A stretch of 63,018 bases of DNA, filler included, from Salisapilia sapeloensis CBS 127946 (lineage: Eukaryota; Protista; Oomycota), in assembly GCA_023334545.1 (NCBI GenBank). It is 9 parts of 9 records of this genome, joined end to end, with 100 filler letters (N's around TTAATTAATTAA, not from the genome) between each part and the next. Parts side by side here need not be neighbours in the genome. Positions count along the whole stretch, not along the records: positions 1 to 17,732 come from JAADVB010000334.1; 8 more parts are not named here. One strand, given 5' to 3'. The first letter of the stretch is position 1; each line of letters starts with the position of its first letter. The notes beneath the pieces are model-generated. The model had not been told where the DNA came from and searched no databases. It worked only from the letters and a program-made list of their open reading frames with translations. This document shows positions 1-10,800 of this stretch, one piece after another. A program made the position numbers and the translations under genes.

Positions 1-24
1 AGCTCCTTCCTGTCTAAGCACAAC

Positions 25-980
25 CTAGCTTGAAATCGACTGATGCAGAGAACCTTGGACGGTTCTTCGATTGTTCCAGTACGTAGCTCTCGTGAGATTT
101 TGAATGGTTTTCTCAGAATCGAAACTTGTCCAAGACATAACTTCATCCGTTGCAGTTTGACCATACTTACCTATCACGTTCGGACTCGCTCCCCAATCGG
201 CTAACAGTTTCACGATATTTGACCTTCCTACTGCTGCGGTGCGATATAGTGGCGTATTACCATCTTCATCCTGTCTATCTATGTCTGCACCATTTTGTAG
301 TAACAGGTTGATAACCTTCGCACGTCCGCTCTTGGCAACCCAATGAAGTTTAGTTTCGCCATACTAATCCTGTTTATAAACATCGGCACCATTTTCTATC
401 AGCACTTCCATTACTTTCACTTTCCCTCCATCCGCAGCAAGATGAAGTGGAGTACGACCCATTCTGTTTAGTACATGAATGTCCGCTGCATATTGCAAGA
501 GTACGCTTAAAGCTTTCTTTTGTCCAGCTTCAGTAGCATGATGAAGTGGAGCGGTACCATTAAATTCTGCTCATCAACCTCGGCTCCATTGTCTAAAAGC
601 ATCGTTGTAATCTCCACTTCTCCAAATCGGGAAGCAATATGAAGTGGAGTACGGCCCGATTTGTCTACTCTGTAATTGTCCGCTCCATGCTCTAGCAGCA
701 GACTTGCCACCTCCACAAATCCATATTCAGCAGCGATGTGAAGTGAAGTACGACCATAAGCATCCTGAGTATGGACGCCTGATTCATGTTGTAATAACAA
801 CTCTACCACTTTGACACGACCCCCTGACGCTGCCTTTATTAATGGTGACCCCGAAATGCCCTTCTCTTCATCCTTATAATTCACGTTGCCACCTTCCTAA
901 ATCATTGTGCGAATGCCTTCGACATCTCCTGCATACGCGTATTCCAATAATCTCTCGTCCGTGCTTTTAAGCGTAGCCAT
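25..980 (-). pseudogene. Ankyrin-repeat protein pseudogene
   Basis: ATG at 980 (MATLKSTDERLLEYAYAGDVEGIRTMI*EGGNVN), then ankyrin repeats (SPLIKAASGG, TSLHIAAEYG, TPLHIASRFG, TPLHLAADGG, TPLYRTAAVG) running through ORFs 507-884 and 25-213. Disrupted by an in-frame TAG at 897-899, a frameshift near 560 and a TAG at 364-366. The lesions fall inside repeat-coding sequence and no in-phase intron removes the first stop. Confidence 0.85.
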
Positions 981-1894
981 AGCCAGTTCTTATACTCAGA
1001 CGAAATCTCGTGGTAAATTAAGACTTGGACTTTGGACGTAAAATCGAAAAAGAGACTGGCGATAGATTAAGATCCGTTGAGGGAGAGGCGTTCCTTGTAA
1101 TGAGTCATTGGTATGAAAGTACCCTCACTGCAACGATGCAACAAGTTCAAACATTATCATAAAAGAAAGCGCGAAGAACGTAGTGTAAAGGTTTTATGGA
1201 TGGTTAGGCACGGATCAGCATAAGTAGCCGAGAAACGTAGCTCAAAGTAGCCGAAATAAGACCTGTAGGTATCATGAAGGTCTGTGAGTCTTTTGCAAGG
1301 TGAGTAGAGCATAACGCATAATGCAGACAAAAACTCAAGTTGCTTCAAGTAGTCAATGCCTATCAACCCAGTATTGACTTTATGAACTAGTTCAAGGGTG
1401 TTTCCTTAGAATTGGATTCCAATCATGACATTGAGTATCTTCTGGGCTTCTATAGCTGGCAGAGTTGCTTACATTCAATACATGCAAAGATCTGCATTAC
1501 CACAGCTCAAATCACTTTCATTCGACCACTGGCATGAGAAATTTATGCTCCAAAGAACAAGCACAAGCTCTAACGCTATCTACCGCTCCATTCTTTAGCG
1601 TAGTCAGTTAGAGTCTACAACTTGTTCTTTGCATTTTACTAGGTGCTTTGTCTCTTCGTGATTCCAGATGCGTCCTCCCATCAAGCCGAAAGTCTCATGG
1701 AAAACTTCGTTTCGATACTCCCATCGAGAGTCTTTCTCTAAATGTACACCCTCTTCCTACGCTTGGACTCTCTTCTCGAGAACCATCTGCTAGCAGTACG
1801 GGACAAGTGTCTAATCCCGCCTATTGGCACCCTCTAGACCGACCTGATGCGAGTAGGAGAGTCAGCCAGTTGATAATTTGACTGTCGGAGAAGG

Positions 1895-2317
1895 ATGAAG
1901 ACTACGATCTCGCTCATGATTACCCTTGCCGTCGTCCAGACTGCGACGACGTTCGCCCAGGACGAGGGTGTGAACTTTATCTCCACCGGCGGATGGAACA
2001 CTGCCGTGTCGAACGAAGAAGACGTGAAGGCTCGCGTGGAGGACGCGATCGGCGACCCGGCGACCGTTTGGGCAGACGACGTGGCCCAGTACACGAACAG
2101 CTTGTGCCTCACCAAGGTCAAGGACATTGAGCAGCAAGTCGTGGCCGGTATGAAGTACCGTGCCATCGCCGAAGGCTGTGAGGCTGAGCCGGACCGCAGC
2201 GGATACTGCAAGGAAGAGTGTGAAGAGGTGAAGGATTTCAAGGTCGTGACGATGGAGCACCTGTCGGACGCGAATGGCGACGTCGAGGTCGACATCCTGG
2301 AAGTCGAGTTTAACTGA
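1895..2317 (+). CDS. Secreted cystatin-like cysteine protease inhibitor (oomycete EPIC-like)
   Basis: Signal peptide MKTTISLMITLAVVQTATTFA, N-terminal trunk GGW, QxVxG loop (QQVVAG), four Cys, strong codon bias. Confidence 0.85.
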   Translation: MKTTISLMITLAVVQTATTFAQDEGVNFISTGGWNTAVSNEEDVKARVEDAIGDPATVWADDVAQYTNSLCLTKVKDIEQQVVAGMKYRAIAEGCEAEPDRSGYCKEECEEVKDFKVVTMEHLSDANGDVEVDILEVEFN

Positions 2318-3317
2318 TGAACTGAGCTACTTTTGTTTTCTTCCGACGATCTCGTTTGCTACATGTATCCGCTCGTACGTTTCTTCATGTCTCTTTGCTC
2401 GTGATGCGATGGTGGTCGAAAGACATCCGACGCATGGATATGGCTACTCCACTCGAGTAGTAGACGCAATGCATCAGCACTGGCGGGGTACTAGAAAGCA
2501 AATTGTACTGGGCTCTTGTGAGCTGTAGCGTGTTCACCATAGCCTTGTCGAAATATAAAAGGAGTAGGATTGTAGCTAGTCTTTGTACTGAATAGTATAC
2601 AAAGGAGTCCGACCGTAAGTAGAGTTTTTTACGCAAATGAGCATCCAAGAGGTGCGAATTGGATGAGATTCGAATGACTATGACCTACGACAATTGCACA
2701 CGCCTTTTACTTTTGCAACATAGTGCGACGTCGTCTACGAATACAAGCAATCTAGGGTACTGCTCAACTCCCATACACGAGTCAAGCTATACGTCATCTA
2801 TCGTGCAGATCGACCTTCGAAAGCACTCGCCTAAGTCGGTGTACAGGTGCATATGTCTTTAGCTACATTCAGAGAAGACATGGGTACTTAAGAGGGATTG
2901 TACCCAGGTTTTCTTCAGCTCTAGAGACGTGTGCACCCAAGACTTCAATCCCAGTCAGGAGGGAGAGGCATGGAATCCAAGTACCATACAATTCTCCCAA
3001 CAAAGTAAATTTTAGTCGTGTTCTTTAGTAACGTCCACATCCATTCCATCAGGTCTTCCCACACCATATGGGTACATGCTGTCTTCGGCAAGCATCCAAG
3101 TAGGCCTCGTCCTTGCCTACCTCTCCTATCGCTACTAGATGCATGACCATAGCTATTAAATAGACAACTATCCTCGATCTCTACCCAAGTTTCCATTGCT
3201 TTCAACCACCTTGCTACGACTACATCTCTTGTACCCATGATGCTTCTACCGCTACATCGCGCCAGATACCTCCTGTCAAGTCTTCTCGCATTTCAAATCA
3301 TAAAACTCAAGCAGGAG

Positions 3318-5411
3318 ATGACATCGATTTCGCACCGCCGAGACATGCTGCTGGAAGGCGCTCGGACGGGAGACTACGACCTGGTGCATGTCATGCTCTC
3401 CCGTGGCACGTCTGCGAGTTCCTCAGACAAACACGGCTTGTCGGCGCTGCACCACGCCGTCCGGTATGGTGACCGGCGCATCGTGAAAGCGCTGCTAAAG
3501 GAACGAGCCAACGTGGATAGCGTAACGAAAGAATCGGGTCAGACGCCACTCTTTTTCGCCGTGGAGAGGAACGACCTAGATATGATTCGACTGCTGATTA
3601 GCTGCCAAGCGAGCGTCCACGTGCAAGACGCGAGCGACAGAACACCGCTCTTGTACGCTGTCGAACTCGGCAGAACGGATGCGGTCGGGTTGCTCATGCG
3701 TCGCGGCGCCACGGCGTGCGTGCACGACCGTCAGAAACGGTCGGCGCTACGTATCGCCGTGGAGCACGGCCATGCAGATGTCGCAAAGTGCTTGATGAGT
3801 GAAAAGCGCATGGTCCATGAGGTCGGTCCGGACGGCAGGACGCCGCTGGACATTGCCATGATGAAGGGAAACCCCAAGACTATCATGCTCCTGGTTCACA
3901 AGGGCGCTGAGGTCAACCGGACGGACGACCAGGGCCGGACGCCGCTCATGTTCGCGACGGAATACAACAACGTGGCCGCCATGCGTGCGCTCCTGGACCA
4001 CGGCGCGAGTGTCGACGCCACCGACAGCACACGCAAGTACACGAGTCTACATGTAGCAGCCGTAAACGGACACTTGGAGGCCACCAAGCTGCTCGTCAGA
4101 CGTGGCGCACGCATCGACATTGAAGATCGACTCGGGCGCACTGCAGCGATGGTAGCCAACGCGTATGGCCACCAGGGACTGGCGAGTATACTAGAGAACG
4201 GCACAAGCTATCAGTTGTTCGAATTGGCCAAGGCAGGAGACGAGCAAGGCGTCAGAGCGTTGCTGGAGGGAGGCGCGGATGTAAACGCCAGCACGAAGGC
4301 ACAAGAGACTTGTCTGCACGTCGCGAGTGCGTCTGGCCATCCGTTAGTGGTGCAGATGCTCATGGAGCACGGCGCGGACGTGGACGCTTTAACGGCGCAG
4401 AACATGACGCCGCTACTGTACGCCGTCGACAACGGCAAGGCAGAGGCGGCGGCGATGCTGTTACATTTAGGAGCGAACGTGGAAGCGAGGAATGGACGTG
4501 GGTGGACGCCACTGATCATGGCGGCGCACAACCGAGACGCCAGGACGGTGCGTGCGCTGCTGGAAGGCGGTGGTGACGTGAACGGCAGCAGCAGCGAACA
4601 TAACGCTGGGTGGACGGCACTGCTGTTTGCCGCGGCCAAGGGCTGCGTGCCGGTGCTGGAAGTGCTGCTGGAGCACGGCGCGGACGCGGAAGTGCACACT
4701 TCGGATGGATGGACTGGCCTTACGTTTGCCGCTAGCAGAGGCTACGCATCAGCGGTAGCGTTTCTGCTATACAAAGGAGTGCAGGTGGACCCGCCGGCAC
4801 GGCAAGGGTGGACACCACTGCTCTTTGCCGTGGAGAGAGGACACAAGGACGTTGTGAGGTTACTACTGGGCTACGGCGCCAATGCGGAGGTAGTCGACAC
4901 GAGCGGCCAGTCAGCGAGTACAATCGCTCGTCGGAATGGGAGGGAGGATATGCTGGTTCTCCTGCAGCAGCCAGTTCCCGAGGATTGCATCGACATCCTC
5001 GGGACGGACGAGCAGCCGAGCTGGAAGATGTTCGACACGGACTCTCAGTCATTTGATGAGATGGACCGAGGGACGGCCGGTACGTCCATGTCGATGCTAG
5101 ATGAAGCGTTTCGGCAGCATGGTATTCGTCCTAGCGACAGCATTCATAGCGACGCCGATAGTCGTGTAGCTTTACGTAGTGGGTACCTGGACGAAAGCCA
5201 GTCGCCTAGATCTGTCCGCACTGCGTCGGCTGCGACAGACTCGGACCACTCCTTGCGTCACGGCTCTAGCATGTCTAGCATGCCAAGTCAGGACGAGGAG
5301 GACGAGTCAAGTCTCAAGGAAGGCTCGATCCGCTGCCGAACGTGCCGTTCGTCGATCGCGCCAGGCATGCGCTTTTGCGGCATGTGTGGAGACCGAGTGA
5401 AGGTCGTGTAG
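3318..5411 (+). CDS. Ankyrin-repeat protein (about 17 repeats) with C-terminal zinc ribbon
   Basis: Repeated TPLxxA...G units; Ser/Asp-rich tail; C-terminal CRTC...FCGMCG. Start chosen at MTSISH (ORF is open from 3237). Confidence 0.9.
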   Translation: MTSISHRRDMLLEGARTGDYDLVHVMLSRGTSASSSDKHGLSALHHAVRYGDRRIVKALLKERANVDSVTKESGQTPLFFAVERNDLDMIRLLISCQASVHVQDASDRTPLLYAVELGRTDAVGLLMRRGATACVHDRQKRSALRIAVEHGHADVAKCLMSEKRMVHEVGPDGRTPLDIAMMKGNPKTIMLLVHKGAEVNRTDDQGRTPLMFATEYNNVAAMRALLDHGASVDATDSTRKYTSLHVAAVNGHLEATKLLVRRGARIDIEDRLGRTAAMVANAYGHQGLASILENGTSYQLFELAKAGDEQGVRALLEGGADVNASTKAQETCLHVASASGHPLVVQMLMEHGADVDALTAQNMTPLLYAVDNGKAEAAAMLLHLGANVEARNGRGWTPLIMAAHNRDARTVRALLEGGGDVNGSSSEHNAGWTALLFAAAKGCVPVLEVLLEHGADAEVHTSDGWTGLTFAASRGYASAVAFLLYKGVQVDPPARQGWTPLLFAVERGHKDVVRLLLGYGANAEVVDTSGQSASTIARRNGREDMLVLLQQPVPEDCIDILGTDEQPSWKMFDTDSQSFDEMDRGTAGTSMSMLDEAFRQHGIRPSDSIHSDADSRVALRSGYLDESQSPRSVRTASAATDSDHSLRHGSSMSSMPSQDEEDESSLKEGSIRCRTCRSSIAPGMRFCGMCGDRVKVV

Positions 5412-5761
5412 ATGTGTCGGAAAAGTATGAGTGAAAAGGATCAGCGGCGTGGGATATGTCGATACGTTCGTGTGAATACATATAAGATCAAGAAAGTATA
5501 TGAGTTACCAGTGCTTCAAAAGCTTCCTAGTACGTATGTACGACTTAATTATCATGACCAAGAAGTAGCATGGTATGTGCATGTGCTGGAACATTTATAT
5601 TAGATAAATGGCACGCTGCAAAGCGACGCGTATGAAGATATGTGCTAATAGATGGGCAGGTGAGCACGACTGCTGGTACTCGAATAAGAAAATTATTTAT
5701 TAAAGAAAAGAATATATGCAAATTTATTTCGTCTGAGCAATTGGGACGGAGACGGCAGCAG

Positions 5762-7843
5762 ATGAAGTCAGCTCGCCTCCGACCAGCGTCTTCATCGTCC
5801 TGGCAGCGCTCCCTAGCTACCATGAGTGACGTCTGCTCGTCGAGTAAGCACAAGCAGCCGTCGTTCCTCTGGCGACGTGTCCAGGCCGTGGTGGCGCTCG
5901 TGCAAAAATTCCAACGTGGTCCGGAGATCCAGAGCGACTGGAACCTCGTGCTCTGGCGCGTGACATTTCCCATGCTCACGCTCGTGGTGCTCGTCTTCCT
6001 CATCATCCTCGGCCGCTTCGGACAGACCGCGTACCTCTTCGGTGCAGGCAGCGTCTGGTACTTTAGCAGCAGCGTCCTCGTCGTGTATCCGTTTGACCAG
6101 CTTTTCGATGTTTCCCACACGTACACTTCGTTCCAGTCGCCCGGTGGTCTCTGGAGGTTCCTGGCGTGGTACAGCGTCGGTGTCGCGGCAGTCGAGTGGG
6201 CCTTCTCCGCCGTCAATCTCCACTTTTCCTGGATCGTTGGCAATACGCTCTTCGGAGCCGTTTCACTCTTGGTGCTCCCGCTCGCGTGCGCGAGCCACGT
6301 CCGCCAGACGATCCAACGCGGTCGGGAGACTCGAGACGCAGTGACAGTGCCTGCATCGGCTCTGCCGTCCCAGCCGAGCGACTCTGTCGTGGCTAGTGCG
6401 TCGTCCGGACGACCACGATCCAAGCATGAGTTTGTTCTACTAGAGAGTTCGTCCCCTAGAAATAATCAAACGAGAGAGCTGAGCACGAGCGGCTCGTGGC
6501 TCGTGTCCGTCAGCATCATCTCCGTCCTGATCACGTGGGCGCTCATGTGTCTCGCCTACACATCCGTGTCGGACGCCATGTCGCTCTACTGGCTCCTCGT
6601 CTGTGTCCTAGCTGGCTTTGCCTGTGTCCTTGTTCTCTGTGCCCACCCGACGACGCGGTCCAAGGCCGTGGCAGTGGACCACACGATCATCTACGGAACC
6701 GTCCTCGTCCACGTCCCAGTCTACGTCGGCCACCTGTGCCTCGGCCTCTTCACCCTCGCAGACGATTCGAACGACTCGTATCTTAAGTTTGCTGTTTCCT
6801 TGTTGTATTTAGGCTTGATGCAGTGCTACTTTTACCTCGTCACGCGCGTCGTGAACGCCATGGCAGAACCGTTTTCCCACCCCTGTCTCCTCTACCTTAC
6901 TCAGTTGTACTACTACCTCTTCTGGTACTTGCTTGTCGGCACCGATACGCCTATGGACGGTGTCTACTGGGCCATGGTCGTCCTCAATAACATTCACATC
7001 GCTCTCATCAACACTGGCGTCTACGCCGACGTGCGCGACTCAACTCTGACGCTCTGTGCGCCTACCACGTTGTCCCACTTGACCTGTGGCATCGCGACGG
7101 CCGCGTGTCTGAACGATACTCAGCGGCAAAAGTACTTGCCAACGCATGGCCGTGTCCCAGTCGTTCACGTCCAGAAAGGGAATGATGACGCGAGTGCGAC
7201 GGAAGACGAAGGTGGAGCCGAGTATGACAGTGGAGAGGAGCTCGTGAAGACGCTCTTTGGACCACGCAGTCCTCGGCACCAAGCAAGTGCGTCGAAAGCA
7301 CGCGCTTCAAGTCTCCCAGTCGTCCAGACGGAGGCAGATGTTGGAGAGCCTGCCGTCGGCTCCGAGGTGATCACGCCACCGGCCGTCTTCTCTGCAGATC
7401 GCGTCGCGAGAGAACACCTCGGACCTCTCTACTTTCTCATGAAACTCGCCGAGCAGGACAATATGGCCGACACGTCTGCTCTTGTCCTCGTGCCTTCTCT
7501 CCTGACGCTCCAGTCAGCATTCCGAAATCCGTCCGCTGGCTTTGACGTCCTCTTCACGGAAGTCAACACCTGGACGCGATGCATCTGCATGTTCCTCGGA
7601 CGACAGGCCGGTGCATATCTCGCTCGAGAGATCTTTGCCTACAAGCTCCGGTCGCGACTACGTGCGAAAGGGAACCGAGCGGTTGGGTCTCTCGATAGTG
7701 CATCTATTCGTCCGTGGATCCAGCGCCTGATGCTGCAAGACTTCCAGCACCAGTTCTGGTACCTCGTAGTGGTAACGATCGTCGTGACCTTTGCTTGCTT
7801 CTCTCGTGTCGACATGCCACTGCGGTTTGCTTTGAGGACATAA
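5762..7843 (+). CDS. Multipass membrane protein of unknown function
   Basis: About 690 codons from MKSARL with many hydrophobic helices separated by two polar loops; clear coding bias; no recognisable family motif. Confidence 0.75.
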   Translation: MKSARLRPASSSSWQRSLATMSDVCSSSKHKQPSFLWRRVQAVVALVQKFQRGPEIQSDWNLVLWRVTFPMLTLVVLVFLIILGRFGQTAYLFGAGSVWYFSSSVLVVYPFDQLFDVSHTYTSFQSPGGLWRFLAWYSVGVAAVEWAFSAVNLHFSWIVGNTLFGAVSLLVLPLACASHVRQTIQRGRETRDAVTVPASALPSQPSDSVVASASSGRPRSKHEFVLLESSSPRNNQTRELSTSGSWLVSVSIISVLITWALMCLAYTSVSDAMSLYWLLVCVLAGFACVLVLCAHPTTRSKAVAVDHTIIYGTVLVHVPVYVGHLCLGLFTLADDSNDSYLKFAVSLLYLGLMQCYFYLVTRVVNAMAEPFSHPCLLYLTQLYYYLFWYLLVGTDTPMDGVYWAMVVLNNIHIALINTGVYADVRDSTLTLCAPTTLSHLTCGIATAACLNDTQRQKYLPTHGRVPVVHVQKGNDDASATEDEGGAEYDSGEELVKTLFGPRSPRHQASASKARASSLPVVQTEADVGEPAVGSEVITPPAVFSADRVAREHLGPLYFLMKLAEQDNMADTSALVLVPSLLTLQSAFRNPSAGFDVLFTEVNTWTRCICMFLGRQAGAYLAREIFAYKLRSRLRAKGNRAVGSLDSASIRPWIQRLMLQDFQHQFWYLVVVTIVVTFACFSRVDMPLRFALRT

Positions 7844-7886
7844 GTAGAGATGTAGACATATAAATTTATACAAATCTATTTCCATT

Positions 7887-10800
7887 CTAGTTATTAGCTT
7901 CTTCCGGAATCGAGTCTTCTACCTGCACTAGCTCCTTTCGCACCCACCGCCGTCGACGAACGGATCGACCGACGAGCTTACTTAGTCGCTTCTTGAGCCG
8001 TCGCCGGTCTTTGCTCAGGAGCCGGTTGGTGTCTTGGAGGTGGAGAAAGTCTTTCATCCGAGTGGCGTACTGCCACTGGTCTGTCGTGCCAAACTCCCTG
8101 TCGATCGCCCAGTCCGACAGGTCGAAGCAGGCAGTCCCGTCCGTCATGTCGGCGTCCGTGAACCGCGGCGGATCCGTCACGAGCAAGTGGCCAGGTACGG
8201 TCGACCCCCAGCCGCTAAAGACTTGGTAACGTTGGATCTCGTACACGACTTGCTCGTCCATCGGTAGCTCCCGGACTTTGCTTTCGAACGATGAAAAGGA
8301 AGAGAGCGATGCGCTTGGCTCTCGACTCGGCGTCGGGCTGCTCGGCCGGTTGCTCAAGTCACGAGTCGATAGAACGCCGCCGATCTTTTGCATGCTCAGC
8401 GTCACGGGGATGATCAAGTCTCGAATCGGACTCAGGAACCGATCGTCCAAGGCTGCCGTCGAGAAGGCAAAGCCAGTGTAAGCTTCTCCTGATTCCACTG
8501 CATGCGCTTTCTGGAGTGCCTTGGCCTTGGAAGGTGTCAAGACGACGTCTTCTTCGTCCGTTCCGAACTCAAAGTCCCTCGGGTCCTGCGTCAAGTCCGC
8601 CTCGAACGGCTCCAATTCCAACGACGGAGCTTCCCACTTCGCTAACTCTGGATCCGAGCGTTTGCAGTGGAGCTCTTGTAGGATGTGGTAGTACTCTGGC
8701 TCGAACTCTCGCTTGTACGCCTTGTAGACAAAGTCTCTACCGAGACACAAGAGCAGACACAAGTACATGAGGATGTAGAACTCAGGTAGGCAGAATAGAT
8801 AAGGAAAGACAGTGTCCGAGATGGAGATGGGGAGCATGACAGAGGTCACCCACGCAGACAGGTACCACACGAGGAGAGAACCAAACATAGATAGCACCGT
8901 CACAAAGTTCCACGTGACGGTATTGAGCGCTAGCTTAACCCATCCGACGGAGATCATGGCGCAGTATGAGATGCCTCCGCAGATCTCGCGCGAGTAGCCG
9001 TACCCTTGGGAATCAATGTACCCTCCCAGCAAGGCCGGGACGAACGCACAGACGGATGCTTCGTACATAGCTTCGAGGATCCACTCGGTGAAGATCACGA
9101 GGTTGAACTGCTCTCCACGCAATCCAAACGAGTAGAGACTTGGGAACTGTTCTGCGATGCGAGCGGGAACGTCTTGGTCTGACACAGCGACGACTGCGAT
9201 TGGGACTGACGTCCATAAGACGTTATATCCGTTGATCCACATGTTATTGTAGTAGAGCGTCCCGGAGCCGCCGCTCAGCAAGCCGAAGACGTACTCTGCC
9301 ATGTACAACACAATGTTCTTGTACACGATGTAGAGCGTGAGTTTGGCCATCCGACGGTAGTTCCAGCGCCCGTGGACGAGAAGCAGTCTCTTCAGAAACC
9401 GAAACTGAGCGATAGCAAAGTCAGACGAGTTGACGGCCTGCATGCCTTCATGCCCAGAGATGCCGACGCCAATATGCGCCTCCTGGATCATCCCGACATC
9501 ATTCGCGCCGTCTCCGATCGCCAGCGTCCGACATCCACGGACACTCGTCTTGTAGAGCCGAACGACCTGCGCCTTTTGCTTTGGCGACACTCGACAGCAG
9601 ATGACGGTGCTGCACTGCTGCGAGACTTCGAGGAAAAAGTCGCGTAGGGCGGTGCAAGCGAAGATCATCGACAGACTCTGGCCGTCGACGATGAGACTCA
9701 TGCGGTGTTGCTGGTTGGTCTTCTGTCGATCCTGCCGTCGCATGCGTGCGATGATGCACTGCTGGACGAGCATCTCGAAGAGAGAGAAATGCGTCGGAAA
9801 CCTATCGCCCGTGATTGCCAGTCGCTCCATGTCGTTATCGAGCAGTCGGCAGGCAAACGCGATGTTCACCGCCGTCTCCTCCTTGTCTCCCGTCAGGACC
9901 CACAGACGAACACCTGCTCGCGCTAAATCTCCGATCGTATTGCTGACCTTGTCCTGAAGTCGGTCTTCAATAGCCGTGGCTCCAAGCAGCTCCAGTCCAC
10001 TCTCGAGCTCTTCCTCGAGCTCTTCCACCTTCGTCTCTAGTTCCTCTCGATGCCTCGGCTGTCCTTGCAACGCTGCCACTGCCTGTCGGTAGCGCTTTAG
10101 CCATGTAATAAACGTCTCATTCGATATCTCTTTCTGCGCTATCACGAGCGTCCGGAGACCTTCCGTGGCGTACCTTTCCAAGTCATCTTGTGTCGTCTCT
10201 AGTAACGATGCATCACCTTTGGCCAAATCGATGCGAGGGAAGATAGCAGTGTCGGCACCTTTTGTCAGGACCATCACCTTCTTGTCCGGCGTCCGCACCA
10301 CAACAGACATGCGTTTCCGAGCACTCGTGAACTCGATCACTTCCAACAGCTCAAACTCGTGCACGCCTCGACCTCGGCTCGGAGGCATGCGAACGACGAT
10401 AGCACCACTTTTCCGAGCGACGAACGAGTATCCAAAGTAGTTGGCGCCCGACACGAGCGCTAGTTCATCGGGAGATGAAGCGGAGAAGGTTGGCTCAGCG
10501 CCATCGATGACCTGCTCCACGACGACAGAGTGGCAGACAGCCAAGTGCGTTAAGAAGGCATGGATCTTGTCTGCCTGGACGGAATCCTTCTCGCCATTTG
10601 CATCTAGGTAAAAGTCGCCGGTGGGATCCAGGAACCGAACGTTGTCGACGCGGACATCTTCCTCCTCTGCGTCATCTGCCAGGAGGTCTCGGACCGATAG
10701 CTTTTGACCGAGCCGTTGGATCGCATCTCGACCGATTTCGGTCGTTCCTCGGCCGTACGAAATACCATTCACACTCATTTTCCGAAAATTCATTTCGTTT

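Noticed and set aside
2945-3238. 97-aa ORF whose ATG overlaps the ankyrin ORF's first ATG
   Set aside because: No coding signal; it lies in the ankyrin promoter/leader region.
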